Below, in pieces: positions 1-9,158 of a DNA stretch of 28,432 bases. A program made the translations under genes and the position numbers. Origin of the DNA: Hyphomicrobium sp. (GTDB taxonomy: Bacteria; Pseudomonadota; Alphaproteobacteria; Rhizobiales; Hyphomicrobiaceae); assembly GCA_031409575.1 (NCBI GenBank), contig JANNXL010000345.1:1-28432 (forward strand). The letters run 5' to 3'. The notes beneath the pieces are model-generated. The model made no database searches, was not told the origin of the DNA, and saw only the letters and a list, made by a program, of their open reading frames with translations. Position 1 is the first letter of the stretch; the number at the start of each line of letters is the position of its first letter.

Positions 1-261
1 GGGCGTGTGAGCCCGCGCGACCCGTTTGAGTTCCGCAATTTTGGCGGTGCATCTGTAAAGGCGCGCCGATGTTAACGGGTCGCAGAACTTCATTGATGCT
101 CAGGTGGTTCGATGACTCTAGGCCCTGCCCGGCTGCCAAACCTATCGGCCGTGGCCCTATAACCGTTGCAGGGCATGGCTGATGCCCTTAGTGTCCGGCC
201 GGTTTGTGGCAAATGACTACGAATTAAAGCGCAAAATGGCGATTGGGGCGGACAGAACACG

Positions 262-1824
262 ATGACAGCTGCGAATGAAACGGCTACCGGCAGTTCGGCC
301 TGGGGCAAAGACCTGTTGGCGTCAGTCGTTGTATTTCTTGTCGCCCTGCCCTTGTGTATGGGCATTTCTATTGCCTCGGGCCTGCCGCCGACCGCAGGAA
401 TCATTACCGGTATCATAGGTGGAATTGTTGTTGGGCTCATCGCCGGATCACCACTTCAGGTTAGCGGACCGGCTGCCGGGCTTGCGGTTCTCGTTCTGCA
501 GCTTGTGAGAGATTTTGGTGCCGAGATGATCGGCGTCATCATTCTGTTTGCAGGCCTCATTCAGTTAGCGGCCGGGCTCTTGAAATTGGGCCAGTGGTTT
601 CGCGCCGTCTCGCCCGCAGTCATTCACGGGATGCTGGCTGGTATCGGCATTCTGATTCTTGCGGCCCAGTTCCATGTCATGCTCGACGGCGCGCCCATCG
701 GCACCGGAATACAAAACATTCTCGGTATCCCCAAGGCCATCATGGATGCGATTTCGGCGGGTGACTCTCATTTGCAGGCCGGAGAAATTGGATTGCTGAC
801 CATCGCGACAATTTTTGCTTGGGGCGCTTTTGCGCCCAAGAGCCTGAAAGCCATTCCTGCACCTCTTGTTGGTGTTCTGGTGGGCATGGCTGCTGCCGGA
901 GCCTTCAATCTGGATATGATCAAGCACGTCAATGTGCCCGATAACATCTGGTCGACGGTTATCTTCCCGACACCGGAAAAGCTCGCCCGTTATTTCTCCG
1001 ACACGCATATGATGATCGGATCGCTCGCTATCGCGTTTATTGCAAGCGCTGAGACACTTTTGTGCGCCACCGCGGTCGATCAGATGCATTCCGGCCCGCG
1101 AACCAAATACGATAGGGAACTGTCCGCGCAAGGCGTCGGCAACATTTTGTGCGGTATGCTGGGCGTGTTGCCGATGACGGGAGTGATCGTTCGCTCGGGC
1201 GCTAACGTCGAAGCGGGAGCACAGACGCGGGCCTCCGCCATTTTACACGGCATATGGCTTCTGCTGTTCGCGAGCCTTTTGCCATGGACCCTCTCTTATA
1301 TTCCACTTTCCGCACTCGCGGCCGTGCTGGTATTCACAGGCTACAAGCTCGCCTACCCGAAAATTCTGCCAACGCTTTTGAAGTTTGGCAAAGGCGAGGT
1401 GTTTATCTACGCAGCCACCATCATCACCATTGTGATGACGGATTTGCTCAAGGGCGTTGTGCTGGGGCTGCTGCTGTCGATGGCCAAATTGCTGTACGCG
1501 TTTTCGCACCTCGACATCCGCAAGGAGGAAAGTGCGGCAGGCGATCAGGTCGATATATATTTGAAGGGCTCGGCAACGCTGATCAAGCTCCCCGCGCTCG
1601 CCTCCGAACTCGAAACTCTAAAGCCTAACGCCAAGGTTCGAGTTCACATCGGCGAACTTGATTACATCGATCACGCCTGCATCGATTTGCTGACCAACTG
1701 GGATAAGCAGCGCAAAGCCACGGGCGGATCGCTCGACATCGAATGGGAAGGTTTGGCCGAAAAATATAAAGCCCGCGGCGGGTCACCTGAGGCAAAGGCG
1801 GCGCGCACAACCAAGCCTGGTTGA
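262..1824 (+). CDS. SulP/SLC26-family inorganic anion transporter (sulfate/bicarbonate permease) with a short, degenerate C-terminal STAS-like domain
   Basis: 520-aa highly hydrophobic ORF with SulP signatures DLLASVVVFLVALPLCMGISIASG, GSPLQVSGPAAG, ELSAQGVGN and PMTGVIVRSGAN. The C-terminal YIDHAC segment resembles STAS. Confidence 0.93.
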   Translation: MTAANETATGSSAWGKDLLASVVVFLVALPLCMGISIASGLPPTAGIITGIIGGIVVGLIAGSPLQVSGPAAGLAVLVLQLVRDFGAEMIGVIILFAGLIQLAAGLLKLGQWFRAVSPAVIHGMLAGIGILILAAQFHVMLDGAPIGTGIQNILGIPKAIMDAISAGDSHLQAGEIGLLTIATIFAWGAFAPKSLKAIPAPLVGVLVGMAAAGAFNLDMIKHVNVPDNIWSTVIFPTPEKLARYFSDTHMMIGSLAIAFIASAETLLCATAVDQMHSGPRTKYDRELSAQGVGNILCGMLGVLPMTGVIVRSGANVEAGAQTRASAILHGIWLLLFASLLPWTLSYIPLSALAAVLVFTGYKLAYPKILPTLLKFGKGEVFIYAATIITIVMTDLLKGVVLGLLLSMAKLLYAFSHLDIRKEESAAGDQVDIYLKGSATLIKLPALASELETLKPNAKVRVHIGELDYIDHACIDLLTNWDKQRKATGGSLDIEWEGLAEKYKARGGSPEAKAARTTKPG

Positions 1825-1845
1825 GTCCACCGGCTGGGTCGCGCA

Positions 1846-2840
1846 TCAGGCCCGTGCCGCGATCACCTCTGAACGCACCAACCGCCCCTTGATCAAACAC
1901 CACGCCCGCCTAAACGGGCGCAGATAAATCACTGAGAGGGACCGGAAGTCGGCAGTTTCTTCGCCTATACCGAAGTTCGTGATTTCCCGGCCGTTGGGAC
2001 TGTAGTGCGTGCCGAACATGCGGTCCCAGACCGCTAGCGAAACTCCCATATTCCGGTCGAAGTGACGTGTTTCGCTCGAGTGGTGAATTTGGTGCATAGC
2101 GGGACTGATGACCCATCGTTCAACGCGCGGGCCAAAACTGATCCAGGCTGGGCTGTGGCGCAGAACGCCGCCAAAGGCATTAAACGCGACCATAAAGATG
2201 TTGGCGCCAAAGACCGTCTGAACCGTCAGGTTGTCGCCAAAGCAGGCAATGAAGATGCCATTGACGGCACCGAATACAACAGCTGCCGCCGCTGATGTCA
2301 TGATGATCTCAAGCGGGTGATGGCGTTCGGCTGTGGTAAAATTCAGCTCTTCGGCAGAGTGATGTACTTTGTGGAATTCCCAAAGTTCCGGGATTCGATG
2401 CATCATGTAGTGCATGAACCACTTAATGAAATCGTCGGCGACAAACAGAACCAGCGTCAGGGCAAAGCCTAAACCGATTGCGGCACTGCCGTTGACGGTG
2501 CCGTTGACGCCTGCTGCGTGCAAGATTGAAACAACACAGGCTGCGATGGGTTTCCAATTGAGAAACGCCCACGACAGGATAGTGAGCCGCAAAACTGAGC
2601 CAAATACTACGATGAAGTAGTCGTTTTGCGCGCTCTTGCCCCACCACACTTCGCGATCAAACAGCGACCGCTCGCCTGGCGCCCGGCCACGTTGACGTGC
2701 TGCGCGTACAACATCATGGCAACGCCCGTGACGCAGTAAACCCAAAAATACCTGGATTTACCGTCAATTAACAGTTCGTGCAGCGGCCACAGCGCGGCCA
2801 TGGCTGCGGTTTTCAGATAGCTCAATCCAACGTCGATCAT
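1846..2840 (-). pseudogene. Fatty-acid hydroxylase / sterol desaturase family membrane di-iron enzyme, split by a single-base frameshift (true pseudogene or sequencing error)
   Basis: The C-terminal frame (ORF 1846-2745) carries the His boxes HYMMH, HKVHH and HQIHH plus RHHPLE. The hydrophobic N-terminus (MIDVGLSYL...SRYFWVYCVTGVAMMLYA, ATG at 2840) is in a different frame that stops at 2607. The ATG-to-stop span is 995 nt, one base short of a multiple of 3. Confidence 0.75.
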
Positions 2841-2860
2841 TGCGAAATGCCCTATCCATC

Positions 2861-2880
2861 CGGCGGGTATCGCCCCGCCG
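2861..2880. other. GC-rich hairpin (7-bp stem, 6-nt loop) in the desaturase/transglycosylase divergent region
   Basis: CGGCGGG-tatcgc-CCCGCCG, 20 nt upstream of the desaturase ATG. There is no U-tract, so the function is unclear. Confidence 0.4.
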
Positions 2881-2959
2881 TTCTGCACAGGCAACACTAC
2901 GGCGAGTAATTGAAGAAGCGCTTAAAGGGGGAGCTGAATGGCCAGCCTGGAGGCGTAAA

Positions 2960-3046
2960 ATGGCGTGTCGCCGCCTTCAAAGAAAGTTGATTGCCGGGTG
3001 GATTGCGGCTGTTGCCGTCTTGACGGCGCCATACGTCTGGGCATGA
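2960..3046 (+). CDS. Putative 28-aa small hydrophobic protein (signal-peptide/TM-like)
   Basis: GGAGG (2949-2953) lies 6 nt before ATG 2960. The product MACRRLQRKLIAGWIAAVAVLTAPYVWA has a basic N-terminus and a hydrophobic core. No homology recognised. Confidence 0.35.
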   Translation: MACRRLQRKLIAGWIAAVAVLTAPYVWA

Positions 3047-3079
3047 GTACGGCCGGTTATTCAAAAAAAGGCTTTCCGA

Positions 3080-4525
3080 ATGCGTCTCAAATATCTGGCA
3101 TTGTGGATGGCAGGTGCTCTGGTGGGGGCCCCCGCGACTGGTCCCGCCTGGGCCCAAGGCATCGAATTCGGTCCTCCGGAAACCAAACCCAGGCCTTCCG
3201 CCGCAAAGCCGGTCAAGGTGCCGGCACCCCTTCCAGGCACGCCCATTGCCGCGGGCGTGCAACTGGCACCCCCGGCAACCGGAGCGGCTCCAGGGCAGGT
3301 TCACGCTGTTGTTCCTGCGGCCTTGAAACCTGGTGCGCCAAGTCCAGGCGGATTCTCCACCAATCAATTGCCGCCCAAGCCCGCGCCTGCCAACTGCAAG
3401 ACTGTTGGCTCATTTGAGAGCTGGCTCGCCGCCTTCCGCAAAGAGGTGACGGCCGAAGGCATGGCCCCGCGCGCCATCGCGGAAGTGCTGGATGGCATGG
3501 CGCTTGATCCCGGCGTCATTTCGAGGGACCGCAAGCAAGGCGTGTTCATGCTCAGCTTCCTCGACTTCTCAGGCAAGCTCGCAACGAATGGCCGCATGCA
3601 AGTCGGCAAGGCGAAGATCGGCCAGAACAAAGTGGTGTTCGATCGCGTTGAGAAAGAGTTTGGCGTTCCCGCGTCCGTGATCACAGGGTTCTGGGCGCTT
3701 GAAAGCGACTTCGGCAGCGGCATGGGTACGCTGCCCATTCTGAGGTCCATAGCAACACTTGCCTACGACTGCCGCCGTGGCCCGATGTTTCGCGAGGAAC
3801 TCAAAGCCACGATCCGCATCATCGAGCGCGGAGATATGACGCGCGCTGAAATGGTGGGTTCGTGGGCTGGCGAAATAGGTCAGACGCAGTTCTTGCCGAC
3901 CCGTTATCTCGAACACGCCATCGACTATGATGGCGACGGCAAGGCGAACCTCTTCCGCAATAACACCGACATCATCGGCACGACCGCAAATTATATGCAC
4001 CATCTTGGCTGGCGGCCGGGAGAGCCGTGGCTTGAGGAAGTGCGCGTATCCGGCGACGTGCCCTGGGAGCAAGCCGATCTTGCCATCAAGATCCCGCGCT
4101 CGCAGTGGGCCAAATGGGGTGTGACACGCGTCGATGGCGCAGCACTGCCAGCCGATAGCATGCCAGCTTCCCTCATGCTGCCAATGGGGCGCCATGGTCC
4201 GGCGTTTCTCGCTTACGAGAATTTCGGCATTTACCTGAAGTGGAATCAGTCACTTACCTACGCGACAACGGCCGCCTATCTGGCCACACGCATCGACGGC
4301 GCCCCACCCATGCAGCGCGGCAAACCCGGCATTCCGATGCTGTCTGCCGATGAGGCCAAGGAACTCCAGCGCCAGCTCGTTAAGCGCGGCTTTGATGTGG
4401 GTGAAATTGATGGCCGCTTGGGCGCGGCCACACGTACAGCCGTCAAAGCGGTGCAGAAGAAATTCAACATGCCAGCCGATTCCTATCCAACGCCTGAGCT
4501 GCTGGCTGCACTGCGCGGCGGTTGA
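3080..4525 (+). CDS. Lytic murein transglycosylase (MltB/SltB family) with C-terminal peptidoglycan-binding domain
   Basis: Signal peptide (…GPAWA|QG), Pro-rich linker, catalytic WALESDFG, GSWAGEIGQTQFLP, EF-hand-like DYDGDGK, and C-terminal LQRQLVKRGFDVGEIDGRLGAATRTAV (PG_binding_1). Confidence 0.93.
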   Translation: MRLKYLALWMAGALVGAPATGPAWAQGIEFGPPETKPRPSAAKPVKVPAPLPGTPIAAGVQLAPPATGAAPGQVHAVVPAALKPGAPSPGGFSTNQLPPKPAPANCKTVGSFESWLAAFRKEVTAEGMAPRAIAEVLDGMALDPGVISRDRKQGVFMLSFLDFSGKLATNGRMQVGKAKIGQNKVVFDRVEKEFGVPASVITGFWALESDFGSGMGTLPILRSIATLAYDCRRGPMFREELKATIRIIERGDMTRAEMVGSWAGEIGQTQFLPTRYLEHAIDYDGDGKANLFRNNTDIIGTTANYMHHLGWRPGEPWLEEVRVSGDVPWEQADLAIKIPRSQWAKWGVTRVDGAALPADSMPASLMLPMGRHGPAFLAYENFGIYLKWNQSLTYATTAAYLATRIDGAPPMQRGKPGIPMLSADEAKELQRQLVKRGFDVGEIDGRLGAATRTAVKAVQKKFNMPADSYPTPELLAALRGG

Positions 4526-4573
4526 GTGTAGTGTGCAGGCGGTACGTGTGTGGCGCGTTAAGGGAGCTTGAAC

Positions 4574-5968
4574 GTGGCTGACGGCGTGACGGGTTCGGGT
4601 TCGAGCGGCTTGAACCTTCGCGGGTATTTGAGCGGGCTTGTGGCACTTGCCGAAGAGCCAGCCGAGACAGCGGACGAACTCGAAGCCAATCTGCGGCAGG
4701 TTTATGCCACGCTGTTCCTCCTCGACCTGACAAAGTTTGACGTCTCAAACCTGCGTGAGGACGCCCCTATTCTTATGGCGGCGCTGTTCGAGGGCCGCCA
4801 GAGGCTGCGCGAGAAAATCCAGTACTGGCAGTCTTTCGGCTACATGACCAAAGGCGTGCAAGCCGCATTGCGAGACGTGTTCCGTATATTGCGTTATGCA
4901 GTCGACATGCTGGGCGAGGCTGCAACAGGCTTTGAAAAGCTCGGCCCCCGCGAGAAACCGCGCCGCGCCTTCACCGGCTCCAGCCACAACACACATGTGC
5001 ACCCACGGCACGCCGGCACCGGCAATCTCGCATTCCAGCCGGGCGACGTTCTGGTGGTGCGCGGGCGGGCGCATAACAGCGCAGCAATCGCGCGCATCGG
5101 TGATGTTGACACCCAATTCAGCCACACCGGCATCGTGCATATCGATGACGCTGGCCGGCATTGGATGGTCGAAGCGCTGATCGAAGACGGTGCCGTGATC
5201 AACACGCTTGAACACTCGCTAGGTCACGGAGTCGGCCGCGCCGCGCTGTACCGGCATCGCGATGCGGATCTGGCGGCGCGGGCAGCAAAAAGTATTCACG
5301 AGCGCATCGCACGCAGTCACCGGGGCTGGTGGCCGCGGCACATTCCCTATGACTTCACCATGCGTCTCAAGGGGAAGCGTACGCTGTTCTGTTCCAAGCT
5401 CGTGCATCTGGCATTCAAGGATGCAAGTAAGGGCACGGTGCTGCTGCCGCGCTACAAGACGCGGCTTGATATGAAGAACCGCAGTTTCTTTGAGGGAATC
5501 GGCGTCAAGGCGACCGAGACGTATGCGCCGGGTGACATCGATCTTGATCCGGCCTTTCAGCTTGTTGCCGAATGGCAGGACTATCGCGTCACGTCTGATC
5601 TTCGCCAGCAAGACATGATCATGACCAAGGTCTTCGCGTGGATGGAAAGCCATGGCGCGCGCTTCAAGCCCGATTGGCTGATTCACGTCATCGGCATCTT
5701 CGGCAGGTTTTCGAGCCACCTGTCAAACCGTATCAAAGACTTCATAGCCGACGTGGTCCCCAAGGTGCCGGGCAACATGAACCGCCGCTGCATCGGCACC
5801 GTCGCCATGTTGCACAAAACCGGCGAAAGTCTGATGCCGGGCCTGCGGGAACTGGAACAGAACACCATCTGCATGACCGGCCGGCCGCTGCATCCGCGCG
5901 ATACGCTGGCGCATTTGGAGCGCCTGCGTGATGTGGCGGGCGGGCGTATGGAATACCTAGTCTGGTAA
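4574..5968 (+). CDS. YiiX/YebB-like permuted papain-like (NlpC/P60, peptidase C92) cysteine hydrolase with extra N- and C-terminal regions
   Basis: [17 protein letters not shown] (His at 5123-5125), IPYDF and LFCSKLV (Cys at 5390-5392) give the His-before-Cys permuted order. GTG 4574 is preferred over TTG 4568 because AGGGAG (4561-4566) sits 7 nt upstream of it. Confidence 0.8.
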   Translation: MADGVTGSGSSGLNLRGYLSGLVALAEEPAETADELEANLRQVYATLFLLDLTKFDVSNLREDAPILMAALFEGRQRLREKIQYWQSFGYMTKGVQAALRDVFRILRYAVDMLGEAATGFEKLGPREKPRRAFTGSSHNTHVHPRHAGTGNLAFQPGDVLVVRGRAHNSAAIARIGDVDTQFSHTGIVHIDDAGRHWMVEALIEDGAVINTLEHSLGHGVGRAALYRHRDADLAARAAKSIHERIARSHRGWWPRHIPYDFTMRLKGKRTLFCSKLVHLAFKDASKGTVLLPRYKTRLDMKNRSFFEGIGVKATETYAPGDIDLDPAFQLVAEWQDYRVTSDLRQQDMIMTKVFAWMESHGARFKPDWLIHVIGIFGRFSSHLSNRIKDFIADVVPKVPGNMNRRCIGTVAMLHKTGESLMPGLRELEQNTICMTGRPLHPRDTLAHLERLRDVAGGRMEYLVW

Positions 5969-6026
5969 ACGGTACCGTGTTCTGGGTATCTGGCGCACCG
6001 CTGCGACCGCTGTTACAACGCCGCGT

Positions 6027-7313
6027 ATGAACAGACCTGACAGAATACCCGATGACACTGCCGCCGCGATGCTGGCCATTGGCGCCGCCGCCCGTGACGC
6101 TGCGCGCGCTCTTGCCATTGCTTCACCCGAAACGAAGAATGCCGCGCTGCTCGCGGCGGCTTCAAGTCTCAGAGCTTCCGTGCCTGCAATCCTGTTGGGC
6201 AACGCCCGCGATGTTGCGGCTGCTCGCGCAGCCGATCGCCCGGCCGCATTCATCGACCGGCTGACACTTGATGACAAACGTCTCGAAGCCATCGCCTTGA
6301 GCCTTGAGGACATCGCGGCTCTAGCCGATCCCGTCGGCACGGTGCTGGCAGAGTGGACCCGGCCCAACGGGCTGAAGTTCCAGCGCGTGCGCGTGCCGCT
6401 CGGCGTTATCGGCATTATATACGAAAGCCGCCCGAACGTGACGGCCGACGCAGGAGCCTTGAGTTTGAAGGCCGGCAACGCTTGCATCTTGCGCGGCGGG
6501 TCGGAAAGCCATCAGTCGTCACTTGCCATTCACGCCTGCCTGCTCGAAGGCCTGCGTACGGCCGGGCTTCCGGAAGCCGCCATCCAGTATGTTGAGACAA
6601 CAGACCGCGCCGCCGTCGGGCATATGCTTTCGGGCTTGAATGGCACAATCGACGTTATCATTCCGCGCGGCGGCAAGGGCCTTGTCAAACGCGTGCAGGA
6701 CGAAGCGCGTGTGCCCGTGTTCGCGCACCTCGAAGGCATCTGCCACACGTACATTGATCGCGCGGCAGACCTCGCAATCGCGGTGCCTGTCGTGGTCAAT
6801 GCGAAGATGCGGCGCACGGGCGTGTGCGGAGCAACCGAATGCGTGCTCGTTGATCGAAACGCCAGCGCAGACGTATTGCCCGCGATTGTCGTGGCGCTGC
6901 TCGATGCCGGTTGTGAAGTGCGCGGCGATGATGCGGTACAACGTGCCGATGCGCGCGTAGTGGCCGCAGCGGCCGATGATTGGGGCCGCGAGTTTCTCGA
7001 CGCCGTTGTCGCCATCAAATGCGTTGACGGAATTGAGGCGGCGATCGCGCATATCGCGCGGTACGGCTCGCAGCATACCGATGCGATCATCACGCAGAAT
7101 GCAGACGCTGCCGAAATCTTTGTGGCGCGCGTCGATTCCGCAATTGTGCTTGTCAATGCATCGACGCAGTTTGCCGACGGCGGCGAGTTCGGCTTCGGCG
7201 CCGAAATCGGCATCGCTACCGGCAAGATGCATGCCCGCGGCCCCGTCGGTGTCGAGCAGCTGACCAGTTTCAAGTATGTGGTGCGCGGGACTGGCCAGAT
7301 AAGGCCGGTTTAG
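6027..7313 (+). CDS. proA: Gamma-glutamyl phosphate reductase (glutamate-5-semialdehyde dehydrogenase)
   Basis: [55 protein letters not shown] (catalytic Cys), [32 protein letters not shown]. Confidence 0.97.
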   Translation: MNRPDRIPDDTAAAMLAIGAAARDAARALAIASPETKNAALLAAASSLRASVPAILLGNARDVAAARAADRPAAFIDRLTLDDKRLEAIALSLEDIAALADPVGTVLAEWTRPNGLKFQRVRVPLGVIGIIYESRPNVTADAGALSLKAGNACILRGGSESHQSSLAIHACLLEGLRTAGLPEAAIQYVETTDRAAVGHMLSGLNGTIDVIIPRGGKGLVKRVQDEARVPVFAHLEGICHTYIDRAADLAIAVPVVVNAKMRRTGVCGATECVLVDRNASADVLPAIVVALLDAGCEVRGDDAVQRADARVVAAAADDWGREFLDAVVAIKCVDGIEAAIAHIARYGSQHTDAIITQNADAAEIFVARVDSAIVLVNASTQFADGGEFGFGAEIGIATGKMHARGPVGVEQLTSFKYVVRGTGQIRPV

Positions 7314-8087
7314 TCAGGCTTTTTCCATCCACCCAAGCCCATCGAGTGTGCCAGCCTTGGGGCGGTATTCGCAGCCGACCCAACCGGCATAACCAATCGC
7401 GTCGAGATGCTTGAACAGGGTGGGATAGTCAATCTCGCCGGTGCCGGGCTCATGGCGGCCGGGGCTGTCGGCAACTTGGATGTGAGCAATTGCGGGCAAG
7501 TGCCGCTCTATGGCCGTAGCTAGCGCCCCTTCCATGATGTGCATGTGATAGCAGTCGTACTGCAGGCGCACGTTCGGTAAGTCAACTTCGGCGATCACGT
7601 CTAGGGCTTGGCGCGTTCCACTCAGAAAGTAACCCGGCATGTCTTGTGTATTAATCGGCTCAATCAATAGTTCAATGTTGTGGGATGCGAGTTTCTCGGC
7701 CGCGTAGCGCACGTTCTCAACATAAGCTTCGCGCGCAAGCTTCGCGTCGCGATCTGCTGGCAAAATTCCCGCCATGCAGTGGATCTGCGAACATTCGAGA
7801 GCGCGCGCATAAGTTAGCGCCTTATCCACGCCTGCGCGAAATTCTTCGCGCCGGTCCGGCAGGCATGCGATGCCACGTTCGCCCTTGTCCCAATCGCCTG
7901 GCGGCATGTTGAACAGCACTTGCGCAAGGCCGTTGTCGTGTAAGCGTGCGGCGAGAACGCTGGTCTCAAACTCATAGGGAAATAAAAACTCAACGCCCTT
8001 GAAGCCGGCTTGCGCCGCAGCTTCAAACCGATCAAGAAACGGCAGCTCTGTAAACAGCATCGAAAGATTGGCTGCGAACTTTGGCAT
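7314..8087 (-). CDS. hyi: Hydroxypyruvate isomerase family protein (Hyi / 2-oxo-tetronate isomerase OtnI-like)
   Basis: MPKFAANLSMLF, VEFLFPY, LLIEPIN, LQYDCYHM, HIQVADSPGRHEPGTGEI, GWVGCEYRP. Hyi and OtnI cannot be told apart by eye. Confidence 0.88.
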   Translation of the reverse strand: MPKFAANLSMLFTELPFLDRFEAAAQAGFKGVEFLFPYEFETSVLAARLHDNGLAQVLFNMPPGDWDKGERGIACLPDRREEFRAGVDKALTYARALECSQIHCMAGILPADRDAKLAREAYVENVRYAAEKLASHNIELLIEPINTQDMPGYFLSGTRQALDVIAEVDLPNVRLQYDCYHMHIMEGALATAIERHLPAIAHIQVADSPGRHEPGTGEIDYPTLFKHLDAIGYAGWVGCEYRPKAGTLDGLGWMEKA

Positions 8088-8093
8088 GAGGGC

Positions 8094-9056
8094 TCAGGTC
8101 TTCAAGAGTGAAGCAGTGCGCGCCGCTTGCAGCCGCGCGAAGTCCTCGCCCGCATGATACGATGAACGCGTGAGCGGAGAGGACGCCACCACCAAGAACC
8201 CTTTAGACAATGCGATGCGCTTCAAGCCCTCGAACTCATCGGGCGTGACAAAGCGTTTCACTTCGGCGTGCTTGCGGGTAGGTTGCAGATATTGGCCAAG
8301 GGTGAGGAAATCGACACCTGCCGCGCGCAGATCGTCCATCACCTGGATCACCTCGTCGCGCTCTTCGCCCAAGCCCAGCATGAGTCCGGATTTTGTGAAC
8401 AGGCTCGGGTCATGGTCTTTCAGCTGCTGCAAAAGCCGCAACGAATGGAAGTATCGCGCCCCTGGCCGGATCGAGAGGTAAAGCCGGGGCACCGTTTCAA
8501 GATTGTGGTTGAACACATCAGGCTTGGCGGCAGCCACGATTTCAATCGCGCCGTTTTTGCGAAGGAAATCAGGCGTGAGTATTTCGATGGTTGTCGCGGG
8601 TGATGCAGCCCGGATGGCCGCAATGGTTTGTGCAAAGTGAAAAGCGCCGCCATCGTCCAGATCGTCGCGATCAACCGACGTGATCACGACGTGTTCGAGA
8701 TTGAGAGCCTGAACGGCGTCTGCCACGCGCTGGGGTTCGCCGGCGTCAAGAGCATGAGGCTTGCCAGTTGCCACATTGCAGAAAGCGCACGCGCGCGTGC
8801 AGATGGATCCCATGATCATCATGGTGGCATGGCGCTTTTCCCAGCACTCGCCAATGTTGGGGCAGGCGGCTTCCTCGCACACGGTTGCGAGCTTATGAGC
8901 CTTCACGATTGCGCGCGTTACAAGAAAGGCGGATGAGCCCGCTGCGCGGACTTTGATCCACGCAGGCCGCGGCAGAACCGGTGTATCCGGCTTGTGGGCC
9001 TTCTCGGGGTGGCGCGGCACCGCCCGTTGCTCGTAATTGTCGACAACAGTGACCAT
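8094..9056 (-). CDS. lipA: Lipoyl synthase (radical SAM)
   Basis: [12 protein letters not shown] auxiliary-cluster motif, CTRACAFC radical-SAM motif, NHNLETV and [10 protein letters not shown]. Start set at ATG 9056 (MVTVVDN…PRHPEKAH, the typical alphaproteobacterial N-terminus) with GAAGG upstream. Confidence 0.97.
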   Translation of the reverse strand: MVTVVDNYEQRAVPRHPEKAHKPDTPVLPRPAWIKVRAAGSSAFLVTRAIVKAHKLATVCEEAACPNIGECWEKRHATMMIMGSICTRACAFCNVATGKPHALDAGEPQRVADAVQALNLEHVVITSVDRDDLDDGGAFHFAQTIAAIRAASPATTIEILTPDFLRKNGAIEIVAAAKPDVFNHNLETVPRLYLSIRPGARYFHSLRLLQQLKDHDPSLFTKSGLMLGLGEERDEVIQVMDDLRAAGVDFLTLGQYLQPTRKHAEVKRFVTPDEFEGLKRIALSKGFLVVASSPLTRSSYHAGEDFARLQAARTASLLKT

Positions 9057-9158
9057 GATGGCCTTCAGTTTGGGTGCCTTGCGGCTGAAAATAGTAGCTC
9101 CGATGGTATCGCAAATGCCGCCCAGGGTCTCGTCCATTCAAGGCCGGAATGGTGCTCG

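Noticed and set aside
2738-2746. GGGTTTA slippery-like heptamer (minus strand) in the split desaturase
   Set aside because: It is in the wrong phase relative to the upstream frame for canonical -1 frameshifting, and the upstream frame appears to be the correct one for ~12 more codons.
4558-4573. TTAA-N7-TGAAC, a one-mismatch CtrA-like box
   Set aside because: It overlaps the RBS within a 48-nt intra-operon gap with no promoter evidence, and is likely a by-product of the RBS.
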